From Dicyema japonicum (lineage: Eukaryota; Animalia; Dicyemida): a stretch of DNA of 64,000 bases. Each line of letters begins with the position of its first letter. Within the stretch, counting starts at the first letter, position 1. The notes below the pieces were generated by a model, which made no database searches, was not told the origin of the DNA, and saw only the letters and a list, made by a program, of their open reading frames with translations. The DNA lies in the NCBI GenBank assembly GCA_011109175.1, contig RDEW01000043.1, positions 1 to 64,000 of the forward strand, in the 5' to 3' direction. Below, in pieces: positions 37,731-50,899 of this stretch. The translations under genes and the position numbers were made by a program.

Positions 37731-38569
37731 CTTAGATCTATCAATCCGATGATTTTCCCGACAACTTGAAGAATCTGTCCAAAGTTTGTTCTGAGAGTGA
37801 ATGGCCTATGAATACTCCAAAAAAGTTTAGTTTTGAAACATTTTTGTAGATTCCATAAGGACGCTCTCGGTTCACACTTAGAATTTTTTGTAATTTTATT
37901 TAAACAAATGTTATATATGATTTAATATTTTTTAAATAAAATTTGAATTTGTTTGATTAATTGTGAGGATTATTTTTTACTAATGAAAGTCAAACATAAT
38001 TAACTAGATACTCCTGCAAATATTGCGATGGAAACATACTTCACACAATGTGGAAGAACATTCATTGGAAGACCAAGAGCTACAATATCGTTTATTTTGA
38101 AAACAAGAACTAAAATATAAGACTTTGACTACTAAGAGAAACAGAGCTACTTGGAAGAGGATAATGAACAAAATCATTATGATCGTGGCACAAGGGAAGC
38201 TTAATTAACTTTTAGACTTCTTGAGAGTGTTTAAAATAAATATTTTTATTAAAGACCAAGCGATAGTTATGGGGGATTAAGTTATTAAAAAATCCTGCCG
38301 TGAGACCTTGATTCTTTAACAGTTTAACTCCCTCTAGGTCACAGTCTCTTCTGAATGAAACGTATCATTAGAAAAGCCCTCGATCCGTTCCATTACTACG
38401 CTTTCCTTATTGAGTTGATTCAGGGTTTCCTCCTCTTTCTAGTGCTTCTTCACTTTTTTTTACGAAGGACCAGCTTGATTGCCATCCTCCTCGTCTTGTC
38501 AAAAAGGTTTATTATTCTTTCTCTTTTGTTAATCATAGTTCAAACATTGTTTTCTGTCAATAAAATGCA

Positions 38570-38800
38570 TTACACATTTGAACCAGTCGCAGTCGAAACT
38601 TCGGGAGTCATAGGAAGCAGGTCGTTAGCCCTGCTCAACAAAATTGGATCGTTAGTCGCTAAAAGGAAAAGGGATGTCAGAGAGAAGGGCTGGCTCATTG
38701 AGCGCATCTCCTTACAGATCGTAAGGGGAAATGCGCTCTCAATCCTGAGAGCAGCCAGTAGCCTTTAACTATTTGGTTTTATTCTCAATAAATTGTTATT
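38570..38800 (+). mobile_element. CRE-like LINE 3' fragment
   Basis: YTFEPVAVETSGVIG..GWLIERISLQIVRGNA. Confidence 0.75.
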
Positions 38801-38844
38801 GGTTTAAAAAAATAAAAATAAAATAAACTAAGAATTTATAGACA

Positions 38845-39062
38845 CAACCCATTCTTTTATTCATCCTAACCCATTTCATAAATTGACCCTCAATCCATTC
38901 TCTAATTTACCCCATCTCATTCAAGAAATTGACCCTAACAAATACTCTAATTCACCATAACCAATTCCATAAATTGACTCTAATCAATTCTTTAGCTCAC
39001 CTTAAAGATTCCATAAATTGACCTAAGCCATTCTGTAATTCACCCTAACTCATTCCAGAAAT
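38845..39062. repeat. Degenerate tandem repeat, about 45-bp unit, about 5 copies
   Basis: ATTCTCTAATTCACCCTAAC..ATTCCATAAATTGACCCTAA-like units; an inverted related piece lies at 43805-43842. Confidence 0.75.
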
Positions 39063-39339
39063 AGATACTTTTCTTGACGATTTGTAAATTAGTAGTTCAT
39101 TCCTCTATCACTCCAAAACAAATGGTTACTGGAGATAATGATGATTGGCATCGATCCCTTATTTTCGGAGGAAAAACGAAATTTTTAATTTTGTCTAAAA
39201 ACATGTTAGACGGTGTATGGGACAAAATGGGAGACCTTGACATCGGTCCCTTATTTTCAGAGGAAAAACAAATTTAAAACATTGCTCGACGTTATAAAAA
39301 AAAAGTGTAAACAAAATTAAATGTTTTATTTAAATTAAA

Positions 39340-39635
39340 TTTAAAAACCTCATTGGAGCATCTTTTCATGGAGTTTGCTCCACCAGTGTCATTACAGAAC
39401 TGATAACGGAAAAAGAGTTCCATAATACAATTGTGACCAAGTTTCTCAGCGATTGGAATGACAACTCCATTCACGGAAGGTCCAGAGATCTTAAATCACA
39501 AGATCAAGTCGAACGTTATAACCAAACGCTGGTTAGCCAAAACACTCTTCGAAACAAAATCAACAAAGTGGGTCGATATTTTGGAAAAAACCGTTTATAA
39601 ATAAAACGTGTCAACCCATCGGGCGACGGGAAATA
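39340..39635 (+). pseudogene. Retroviral-type (rve) DDE integrase remnant, Gypsy/Ginger-like
   Basis: PPVSLQx.NGKEFHN..HGRSR..SQDQVERYNQTL..KWVDILEK..NVSTHRATG across broken frames. Confidence 0.7.
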
Positions 39636-39765
39636 TAAGAAGAAAACAAAAGAAAACGCCAATAAAAACTTAAAAAAAGGAAAATATAAAATTGGGGACT
39701 TGTACTTTCTAAAATTTTTATTGATTTATTTATAAATATTTTCTAATTGTTTTAATATTCTATAT

Positions 39766-42700
39766 ATGTCACGGGTTGTTGTGGGCATGGCTGTTTCTTG
39801 TAAGAAAAGAAGAAAAGATGTTTCAATCGACCTATCTACGAAAGTTACTAAAAGAAAAAACAAAAGAAACGTAGAGAATGTGGTCGATGACTTGTCCAAG
39901 ACCCAAAAAGTTGTCAATACTGATCTTAAAGAACATCTTCTCTCACTGCAATGCGTAGTCGACAAAGTTCACACTGTGGACAAGAGACAATGGGCTGTGG
40001 AAGTAGTTGAAGCTACAAAATCCAGATTTAAGAGAATGCCCCGTGGTGGTTGGCCTCTGATTACGAATGCTTTTAACCAAAGATTCGGGACATCGAAATC
40101 CGTTACCAATTTCAAGAGCTTGCTCTTTTCAAATTCGAGTGAATCACTCTGTGGTCTTCCAGTTGGGGAAATACAGAAGGTAGAAATTTCGAATTTAGAA
40201 AATGCTTTGAAGAGTTTTGTTGCCAAATTGGGAAAGTATTCACAACGGGAAGGAACCTTCGCATGCCTACTAGGAAGATTCCCAGACAATTGATAAAAAA
40301 GGATATTTTGAATGGAATTAATGCGGCAATCAAGGAATATATAGATTCCTTGCCTAATTTGGATATCAATGATATCACAGATATCATATATGCTGGGCAG
40401 TGCACCTATGAAAGTCTTACCAGGAGGAATAGCACTAAAAGTAATTGGGAAGAGTCCATGAAAGGAAAAATCACTAAACTTAGGAAACAACTTGAGCAAA
40501 TTCAAATGGCTAGTGAAATGAACGGGAAGAAGCAATTTGATGAAGAAGTGCGCAATACTCTATGTTCATATGGATTTAAGAAATCGAAGAGGGGAGAATT
40601 TGAGAGAATTGCTTCCTATGTCCGTGATCAAATCAAGATAATTGAGAAGAAATTGAGAATTTATGAATCAAGAAAGGGATTTAGAAGAGCCAATTGGTGC
40701 TTCGAGTTGAATAGAAGGCGGTTCTACAGAAATATTAGTGGAGATAATAAGAAGGGAGTGCTGAATTTCGATGAAGGGGAATGTCTACCTTTTTGGACAA
40801 CCATTTGGAATGAGAGTGATCGAAAGGAGAGCAAATTCTTGTTGAACAAGAGAGTGACTGGGTCTGAAAATTCTTATGCCGATTTTACAAAGGAAGCGAT
40901 CGTCGATACTATCAAGATGCTTCCAAATTGGAAAGCGTCTGGGTGCGACGGAGTTTATAACTTCTTTATCAAAAGTTTTACTTCGATTCATGAACATCTT
41001 TGCGAGGAGATTCAGAAGATCATAAATGATGAATACACGCCTGGTGATTGGTTCTACACGGGGATAACACATCTTATACCAAAAGTGGACGTATGTAATT
41101 CACCCAAGGAGTTAAGACCAATTACGTGTATGCCTAATCTCTATAAACTATTGACAAAGTGTGTGAACAAGAAATTATCTGAATATATTGAATCGTACGA
41201 TCTCTTAAGTGATAATCAATTGGGAACTCGGAGGATGTGTCAAGGAGCCAAAGAACAAGCTTTGGTGAACCAATGTTTAAATCAGAGAAATGGAAGTAAC
41301 TTATGTTCTACCTGGATCGATGTTAAAAAAGCATTTGATTCCGTTGACCACGAGTTTTTGGGCGAAGTGCTCCAGAATTCTGGCCTGCCTTTCTGGATTG
41401 TGAGTTTTATCACGAAACTTGTTGGGAAATGGAAGATACGACTGAATTTGGAAGGAAAAGTGTTGGGGGAGATTAGAATAAGAAGAGGAATTCTACAGGG
41501 GGACTCTCTTTCGCCACAGATCTTTGCTTTGTTAATGGACCCCCTTAGCCGAATATTGAATGGAAAATTTCCTAAAGTAACTATGGGAAGCCCGGGAAAT
41601 GGAGAGCCAACATATGCCACTAATCACCTTCTGTTTATGGACGATATAAAGTTGTTTTCTCACAAAAGTGATTCAATGGTTATGATGATGGAAGAAGTTG
41701 ATTCGTTTTTTGATGCAGCCGGGTTGGAGAGGAACTTTGACAAATCTGCAACAAATGTCAAGTCCTTGTCTGGGAAAGCTCGTTTCCTTGATGGATTGGA
41801 TGGATACCGATATTTGGGAGTTCTTGAAGATAAGAACAGCAATGTTCTTAAAGGAGAAATTATGAATAAAATCTATGGAGAAGTATCTAAGCGGATCAAA
41901 AATTTGACGAAGACGGATTTAAACTCAGTGAACCTGTTTAAAGCTATGAATGAGTATGCAATCTCCCTTTACAACTATTACATTGGATTGATTGATATCG
42001 AACCTGGAGAGTTTGAACAGATTGATAAAAATATTCGCAGAATTCTTATGGACAGTCATATCCACTTGCAACCGGCAAACAAAGAAAGACTTTATCTACC
42101 AAGAAATAAATTTGGAAGAGGCCTCGAGTCAGTCAGTAACAAAGCAGAAAGAATGCTCCTCCAATTTTATAGTGATTTGGAACATAAGGCAAATTACTGC
42201 CTAAGAAGAGCGGGAATTCTACGGGTCATTAATTCAAAGAAAATACACATGGCCACTATCGTAGAATTCATCTCAAGAAAGTACAACATTGAAAATGTGA
42301 AGGATTTGACAATGTTGAAATTGATGGAAATACAACATGAATATCTACTGGGAAAAATTGAAGAGAAACCGCTGCACTCTATTCTATTTGAGTGTCTGAA
42401 AGATACCGAAGTGAATATTGCTGAATCCTCAGGGTGGTTAGTTCATGGAAATCATTCTCCTGTAACCGAAGGAAGGCTGTGTCTGCTTCAGGATCGTAAC
42501 ATGTTTTTTGATAATGGAGAAGCCAAGTGCAAACATTGTAACTCAGGAAAGAAGACCGTTGATCACCTTGCAACTAGATGTGGGAGAATGCTGAATAGCT
42601 CGTATCTCAGGCGGCATAACGAGGTGGTCAGATGTATTCACTTACACCTCTGCCGTCAATATGGAATAAGAAAAACTAAGAAACTGAAGACCCACTCAGT

Positions 42701-43236
42701 CCAATCTGTTGTCTCAAATGAATTTGTGGAGATTCGTGTAGACACAACGATTAGTACAGATACGGCTGTACAGAATAACAAACCCGATATTTTCGTTCAT
42801 GATAAGGTGCGTAATACGATTACTCTCGTTGAAATTGGGATCACGTCCCAAAACTGCCTCAAGCAAGTCGAGGTGGAAAAGTTCCATAAGTATGACTTAC
42901 TGGCGAACGAACTCGGATGTATTCATCGCGCAAAGGTAAAAATAATCCCTGTAGTCATTACCTGGGATGGGATTGTTTCGAGATTCTTCAAGGGCCATCT
43001 GGATGCCCTCAAACTGGAGGAAAGGGTGAAAGCGTACATCCAAACGTTAGTATTGAGAAAGACGTTGGAGAGCATGCAAGGCTGAAGATAGACATGGAGT
43101 ATCGATACCTGATGAGGAGGAAGCTGATAAGGAATGCCGACCTAGGGGAGTCTCGGAATGTGGGTTGTGCGACAACGAAAACACACCTATACTGACAATT
43201 GACGTTGGCCCCAAGAAGAGGAGATTAGCTAATTAA
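39766..43236 (+). mobile_element. Near-intact R4/Dong-like non-LTR retrotransposon (RT, CCHC, RLE endonuclease)
   Basis: 940-codon ORF with NWKASGCDG, RPITC, WIDVKKAFDSV, GILQGDSLSP, HLLFMDDIK, YRYLGV, CKHC..DHLATRC, RRHN and KPDI..VEIG..EK..KY. Probably one ORF of about 1150 aa with indels near 40250 and 43080. Confidence 0.92.
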
Positions 43237-43279
43237 TTAATTACTTGTGACTCGTTGTTTCGTTAAAATATAATTAATT

Positions 43280-43545
43280 GTCACGCTGTTTACCACTTAC
43301 AAAAGACAGATCGAACCAAAAATCCTTATGAAGAACGAGGCTATTCCTATTAACAAAACACCGAGGATTCTGGGAGTCATTTTTTATCAAGGACTTTCCT
43401 TTATCCGACATGTTGAGAACAAAGTAACTTCCGCTCTGAAGAAAATGAGAATTTTAAAAGTGCTCTCAAAAACACTTAGAGACCAAACTGAGCTTTGTCA
43501 CGGTTTATAAAAAAATTTATCCGACCCACGATGACGTATGCAAGT
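43280..43545 (+). mobile_element. LINE RT-thumb fragment
   Basis: RILGVIF..LSFIRHV..MRILKVL..IRPTMTYA. Confidence 0.6.
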
Positions 43546-44984
43546 TTTACTGAAAGTTTCAAAGCATTCATCATCGATTAATGAATTGGATTCAATCAAA
43601 AAGTTTATTGAATTGCATATTTATTCTGGATAACGTTGCATTTCTTAAAAATAAAAATATAGCAGAATTTATTTGTAACGAAAGGAACTCAGTAAAATTT
43701 TTACCTCAATCCGCAATTAAAATTAAATCTTAAGGGGCGCTGAATTTTTGAAGCTTCAAAAATGTATCAAAAGGGGAGTCTGACTTAAGAAAGGTTAAGA
43801 ACCAATGGGTTATGGTGAGTTAGAGAATGGTTAGGGTGAATTAATTACTTCCTCATGAAGAAGTGTTGCTATTATTCAATTCCTTAAATTATCATGGAAA
43901 AACTGTGATTCCTTCTGATTTCATTAATGTCTTCGGTAATCATTTGTTTTGGAGTGATAAGTTTGATTTATCAGCCAGGACACGAAGATTGGCCCGGGTT
44001 CTCACGTTATAGTACAATAAATAGTTAACTTAGCGTGGTATTGTGTGGTCAACGATTCAAAGGATTTGGAAACGCCCAAGGGACACCCGATGGTCACTAA
44101 AAAGAACCTTTAGACCTTCTCCCACCGGGGACATTCTCGTCCACGAGTGATGCGCTTCGCGGAAGATCGAACCTTCCAGGAGGAAATCCTCAACCCACAG
44201 AAGAGAAAGTTATTTTACTGTTCTTCATTAGAACATCAATAGAATTAAAGAGATCAAGGAATTCCATCAACTCCTGGCAAGACAGAAGATCAATGTACCG
44301 AAACAATTCGAATCTCGGTCGGGACAACAAAAAGAAGACTATACCTTGTGAATATCTACGTTCAGCCCCCTGGTTCCTGCCCGAAGATCTATTTTATGCC
44401 AAACCTATCAAGACTTCCTTCGATGAGATTATTATCTGCGAGGATCTGAATGCAAAGCACCCCTAATGACTGTCAACTCAACTAGCCGACATGAGAGGGA
44501 TAATATTGTTATCGCAAACGAACTCCCTAACGATGTTGAATTATCCATCAAAAAACAAAAGTACATCACTCTGAGAGCGGAATCAGCCTACTCCATCGGA
44601 CGTAGTACTCTCAATTCTTTCATTTACATTTAATTTTTTTTACTTAAAAACATTCATTTATAACAATAAAATCGTTCTAAAGTCCAGCGGATATGATCGA
44701 GTGGCTGTTACCTCTGACTACTGCCAGGGATATCCTTTGGAAAAGCCACTCGGTTTCCCGACGTTTTACATTAATTACAGTCATTTTTAAACTTCACAAC
44801 AATAAATTGTGTTTCATGAAAATAATATGTGTTATGAAAATGTTGATAAAATTATTAAAAAAGGAAGGAAAAAAATCATTATTTTTTGGTTAACTTTACA
44901 TCACTAAAAATGCGTGCTAAACACTGACACTTAATAATTTTAGAATTTTAAATTTCTTAAATTGATTTTCTGACGATCTAGTGC

Positions 44985-45995
44985 GTCGGATCGGCTCAAT
45001 GATCCAAAGGGTCACCAAGGATCTACGTGAGATTGGATAGTTTCAAGAGCGCATCTCGATGTCATAAGAAACAACATGGAATTCAAGCTTCCTAACTTTT
45101 AACATTTTTTATTTAAAAAATTGATTTTTTTAATAATTCCAAAGACCAAATTAAAACTAAACTAACTAACTCCTTGATCCGGATTCCAGAACTTGTCTCA
45201 GGTAACGAAATTGTCTCCCGGTGGAAAGAATAATTGAATCCTTTTGATGCCGGCCAGGCATTGGGCGTCTCCTTAGTAAGGTGATCCAATGATGCCATCA
45301 GAGGGAAGGAACATAAATTTTTAACCAACTCGCCACACAGAGAAAATTAATTTTTAATCCTATTATTAATAAAAATCTAATAAAATAAAGTTGTTATGAT
45401 AGGTCTCCATTATGGCCTGCAGGCATTGAGCACGCAATTTATTTACCCCCAGTCCCTTCAAGTGAAAGAAACCGGTGGCTAACAAAAACGTTACAGCCAA
45501 GAGCAGACGATATAATTGGTTCTAAAGAGAACTAGTACGTGGACTCGGACAAGTAAAGAGATGATTAGTCTTCTGGTTTTCAAGAAATCACTATGGGCAT
45601 GGTGGAGAGGACGATTTTCCAATCATGTACCTATATGAATGTAAATTCAAGTGATGACAACAACGTAGGCGGGCCAAGTGGACTTGAACTTCCGGCAGTA
45701 GGTAAGCTTTGCTTCCGTCAATAATAGGTGGAATATGCACTAGAAGCTTGTTTATTCCAAAGCTTCTGATGGCTTTGGTGAATATCCAGTAATGAATTAT
45801 TTTCTCTCTCGGCTGAGAAAGGTCAGTCTCTGATATGGTTTGTAGAATCCGAATTTGATCACCAAAAGTAGGAATAATTCTCATTTTGTTTATGGTGACC
45901 CAAAGACAGTGAGCTTGGTGTTCCAGCACTTTACACTTGTAAAGGAATTGTTCCTGATTGGGAGAATTTGAGCCTGCAAGGAAGTTACCACTCAT
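44985..45995. mobile_element. Cluster of LINE 3' fragments (CRE-like on +, two Jockey/I-like on -)
   Basis: 44985-45100 is a CRE end; 45110-45340 a GIT-family end; 45440-45990 has HLARLRCCH..SPPCP and a UTR matching 15900-15975. Confidence 0.65.
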
Positions 45996-46144
45996 AATTG
46001 TGAGCCCAATGTTCTGGAAAAGCTATTTTAATTATATTAATTATATTAAAATTTAATTTTATTAAATTAATTTTTAATATATTATTTTTATATTTGAAAT
46101 AAAATATATTCTTCCTAACATTTGATTGATATATTTGATACGAC

Positions 46145-47373
46145 ATGCAATATATAAGATTTATAACAGATACAGTAAACAACTCAAACCAGAGGAAAGA
46201 TGACGAAGACGTTGACAGATCCCATTACTGCTACACTTCATTGATTTTGTCATTCTTTGCATTATAATTCTCTCAAAACAGTTTGTTGGAGAACCCATTG
46301 CTTGTTGGCCCCCCGCGGAATTTAAAAGTTGTAAATTTTTATTTTATTTTAAACATTAATTGGGGAACTAACCATCAGGACAGTCGACCATTTTAAACTT
46401 ACATTATTTTTAACCGTAATTTATATTTTAGGCCATTTTACAAAATTAACAGAAAGAGTTTGTCTGATGAACGGAACTTACGTGAACTCAGACGAAGGGA
46501 CCATCAGACTTGTTTACTACCAGTGGATTCACTTCATTTTTTTCATGTCCGCAATGATGTTTTATATGCCTATTTTGTTTTGGAGGTCAGTCGTGAATAA
46601 TTGTGGAATAAAAATTGGCCAGTTGATCTCCAAGGCTGAACTCTCTCAGGATCTATCCTTGTTCCACGATCATGAGAACATAGCTACTTTGCTTGCGAAT
46701 GAAATCGAAAGTTATATCGATTCCAGACAAGAACGACAAAATCTGTCCAAGAGAACGAAATTCAAGCAGATTCTATTCGGGTTGCCTACCTTAAACTGCA
46801 ACTTTATGTATATTTCGATAAATTACATGTTCACTAAATTATTATTCCTTGGAAATATCATTGCTCAGCTTTACTTGCTTAATTATCTCCTTGGAGTCGA
46901 CTTCCTCGAAACTGGGATAAAATCCCTATTTTATCTCCAAGATGAGCGGACCAATCACTTCGCCAGACTTACCATGTGCGACTTTTCAATCCGTGAATTG
47001 AACCGAATCCATGACTACAGTGTTGAGTGCATCCTCCAATGAATGTGTTCTTGGAAAAAATATTTATTTTTGTGTGGTTTTGGTACGTTTTGCTGGCAAT
47101 CAGGACTTTTTGGAATATTCTAGCTTGGCTAGTAAATTTCTTCATAATTGAATCGCGTGTGATTTTTCTCCGACCATATCTCAAATCGCAGTCCTTCATT
47201 TTTATGAAGATATGGATACTCTGAAGTATAAATTTGTTGAGAAATATCTCCGATCTGATGGCTTTCTTGTTTTAAAACTCCTTTCACGAAATGTGAACAG
47301 TCTGGTTGTGGATGATGTGGTAGACCAACTGTGGACTAATTTTTGTTGCCGCTGTTTCCAAGAAAAATTTTAA
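46145..47373 (+). CDS. Innexin (gap-junction protein) 1
   Basis: DDEDVDR, KQFVGEPIACWPPAEF, CLMNGTY, YYQWIHF, FARLTMCDF, ECIL.MNVFLEKIFIFVWFWY, YLRSDGFLVL. 101-nt intron 46331-46431; several 1-bp frameshifts. Confidence 0.93.
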
Positions 47374-47465
47374 TTAAATTTTAACTTTTTTATTTTTTGC
47401 TTAAATATTTTTAATTTTATAAATTATATTTTTTCGATAAAAATTCTAATTATCATTGGCACCAC

Positions 47466-47722
47466 GGCCGGGTGGCGCAGTGTAACGAGTGCCGAGGAAA
47501 AGGTCCAACGAACCCAAGTTCGAATCTCTGTGCTTTAAATTCCGGCCGAAGGTTCCACACATTTAAGATGCTTTGGCTTGACAAGTGAGGCAGTCATAAA
47601 TTAACACTTCACTGCGGAACTGGATCGTCCACAAAATGACTCACATCCAACAAAAAGATAAAGAAGTGAAGAGCATTTCTTGGTTCTCCCTCATCGATAA
47701 CTGTTTTTTACTTAAAATAAAG
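47466..47722 (+). mobile_element. tRNA-derived SINE copy
   Basis: GGTGGCGCAGTG A-box, GTTCGAATC B-box and the shared core. Confidence 0.8.
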
Positions 47723-48983
47723 TTTTGAATTGAATCCGCATACTTCGTGCACACTTCCTTCCTTTGTTTAGAACTTCCGGAAAAAGGGAATGATCCAATG
47801 AGGTAGGAAGAAGCTAATGGCTCTTTTCGATCCTTTTCGGATTGGGTCAGCTTTTCAAGTGAGTCACAGGCACAACGCTAGCGTTGCATGTTGCAATTTC
47901 CACGATTGAAAAAGCGGAGGCCTCCAATTATCATACAATCCCTCAAGACAAGTGGAAACAAAAATTTTTATTCCTTGCAGTTATGGGACCCCTCCAGTAA
48001 AGCGCGGGAGAGCGAATAATCATTTTTGTGTCATCTTGGTACTAGGCGCCATATGAGACAGGAGGATCACATGACTGCACTCAAGAGATGAAGAGAAACA
48101 AAAAAGAAAGAAATCTTCTATGACACGTTTGAATTCCTGTGGAGTCATACATGCAGAATTGGCAGGTTATATCTTTTTCCGAAAGTTTTTCAAGTATGTC
48201 CTAATCAGCCTTGTAATGTAGTTGGTGTTCTAGTCGAGTGTTAAAATCGTATCGAACCTGTTTCCTGTTAAACTGCAGTCCACTAGCTGTATATGCTCTG
48301 TATGTGACTAGCCTAGGCCTCCAGAACTATAAAAAACAGACATTGGGTGCGCATTCGGTTTTTATGTAGATAGACTGTATTTGGGAAGACTGGTCACTTC
48401 TGTTTCCACTGGTTTTTCTACCATCAAATCATCTCATTTCAAGTAGGAAAATACCTGGCTTATCCCCCGTGAGCAGGGAAGTGATTTTTCTTTTGACGTG
48501 AGGACAAAATTTTCCGAAAGATTTTTAATTTTTGACACCTCCTTTGCTTGTATTGCAACCAAACGCTATGGATTCAAATTGGGTAGTTTCATTGATTCTT
48601 GAGTCTCGTATCTTCAAATTGTTGTGGTAGAAGATCGAGGTCCCTGTACAGCTCAAGCTTCCCAGATTAGAAAGGTTGAACCATAAGTAGGCATTCACAA
48701 GCGGAATCTTCAGTTTGATTCATTTTGCTTGGTGGGCTAGTCCTTTCTGAACCAAAACCATCACCTCCATTGAATTTAACCCTATCTTCTTGCAGTCCTT
48801 TTCTTAATGTTTGATAAAATATTTGGATGACTGATACAATAAGCCTGGAATGGGAGAAACAGACTGGTCTTACATTCTGCTTCTAAAGACCTCTTCTCGT
48901 GGTACCATTGTTGCCCGAGACCACCACATAATTCTCTCCTTTATCTTTAACTTTTCCCATACGTATTCTTAGGCGTACCTTGA

Positions 48984-49510
48984 GGCGGGTGGCGCAGTGT
49001 AAAAGTGCCGGGCAAAGGCCTTTATGGCCCCTGGATAGAATCTCGCTGCTGTGTATTCTGACTGGAGGTTCCACGGATCTATGATGTTTAGGCTTGACGA
49101 GTGACGTGAGATGGCTTTCAAAAAGAAAAGTATTGAAGATAGCATTTATACTACGAAAAGAAATACATGAATTTCTTTAAGACGTCAAACCAAAACTACA
49201 TGAAAAATTTTCTGATACTCGTTTATTGACTTATTTTTTGTGGATATAATTGAATCTGTGAATTTTGTCCACGTATCTAAGATGCAGAAAGGGTTTGACG
49301 AGTGACGCCGTCATCAGTGGATACTCACTGCGGAACTGGATTGTCTAGAAAGGACACTCACACAAGAAAAAGAAAAAAAAGAAGTGAAGATCATTCCTTG
49401 GTTCTACGATTAGTTAAAACTAACTGTTCTTTACTTAAATAAAGTGTGTGTCCTGCCAATGCGGAGCTATAAATACTATGGCTCTCGTGAAAAGGCTTTA
49501 TTATTATTAA
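48984..49510 (+). mobile_element. Two partial SINE copies (5' part 48984-49108; 3' part 49267-49510)
   Basis: The 3' part is nearly identical to the reverse complement of 61385-61615 and ends in (TTA)n. Confidence 0.8.
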
Positions 49511-49514
49511 GGAA

Positions 49515-50238
49515 AAGATACCACAGTCCTCCATTGCCATGAAAAAATGACTGGTTTCAAAATGAAACTAGAACTGTGGAATTCGAAATTAAATAGTTAC
49601 AACTTTGCGCCATTCCACATCTAAACATAATTATTGATGAAAATGAACTTTGCATAACTACAGCATGTAGAGAAATTTCTAGGTATTTTTTCGATATTTA
49701 TAAATTTTTAGATATTTTCCTGATATTCCTGAATTTGATAAGTACTATCGTTTTCTCAGCAACCCATTTGCAATTTCAGTTAAGGATCTTCCTTCTGAAA
49801 ACCATATAATTCAGGAACAATTTATCGATTTGTTTAATGATGGATATGCAAAACACGTTTTCAACAAAGTTTCAAATCGATTTTTGGATTCAAATGGCTG
49901 ATTTCTATTCAGAATCGGCAAAGATGGCACAAGTGCTTATTCCATTTGCAACTACATATGAGTGTGAGACAGCGTTTTCTGCACTACTTACCATCAAATC
50001 AAAATTCCGCAATAGATTGGATGTGTCAAATGACATGAGGGTTGCATTGTCCAAAACACAACCCGACTTAGAAAAACTGGTGATGGCCAAACAAGTGGAT
50101 CATCTCATTAATTAACATTCTTTTTTTTGCACTAATTTTTGTTTTTGTTAAAGTGTTAATTCACTAATTTAATGAAGGACCGCAAGCAATTAAAAAATAA
50201 GAGGACCGCGACGTTTTTTTAAAGTTTGAGAACCACTG
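49515..50238 (+). mobile_element. hAT (Charlie/Buster-like) transposase 3' remnant with right TIR
   Basis: LIPFATTYECETAFSALLTIKSKFRNRLDV..DMRVALS dimerisation domain; GTTTGAGAACCACTG end. Confidence 0.88.
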
Positions 50239-50899
50239 AACTATAGGTAATATGGCTCTGCGTAAATTGTAGTATTATCTCTGAGGCAGTATTCAATCCC
50301 ACCCCGTTCAGGGGCTTTTCGGTTTCCATGTCATGTTAGACTTTGGAGTTTCTCTGAACTTATCAGATGATTTAGTCGACACCATAATGGAGGAATCCCC
50401 TCGGCGTTCAAGATTGAACACTTTGAGGGGAAGTTGAACACCATAAAAGTATTCTTATATTTGGAAGTAAAAGCTAGGATCTACCTTGACAAAGTTATGG
50501 TGGGTTACTTTAGGTTTTCGTGACCCGTCAGCGATCTGTAGCTATCCAGTGATACAAATGTCAGAGATTTGATCACAAAAGCTCTCGCTACATTTATAAA
50601 TAGAAATACCTTTCTTGCGAGAACACACATTTACAAAATACCTGACAGTCAAAAAAAGGTCTCTCGAGTGCGTGAACTGTGGGAACGAGGGGCACAGGGG
50701 AAGATATGTCAGTGAGGCCTAGTAGTATGTACTACAAGGGAGACAGCGTTTGGCCTCCTCTATGGCGGATAAAAATTTAAGTTCCATCCATAGTATTTTA
50801 AAAAGTTTCTATGACGTTACCCTTTCCTAAGCGCTTTATGGAACTCGCCTTATGCTAAAAGTCAAGGATAGATCCGAAATGGTGTTCAAAATTATTTTC

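Noticed and set aside
38845-39062. CRISPR array or telomere
   Set aside because: Degenerate tandem units without unique spacers; CCCTAA is not in a pure array; eukaryotic context.
39969-42573. Antisense and overlapping ORFs within the retroelement
   Set aside because: Shadow frames of a long coding sequence with no motifs.
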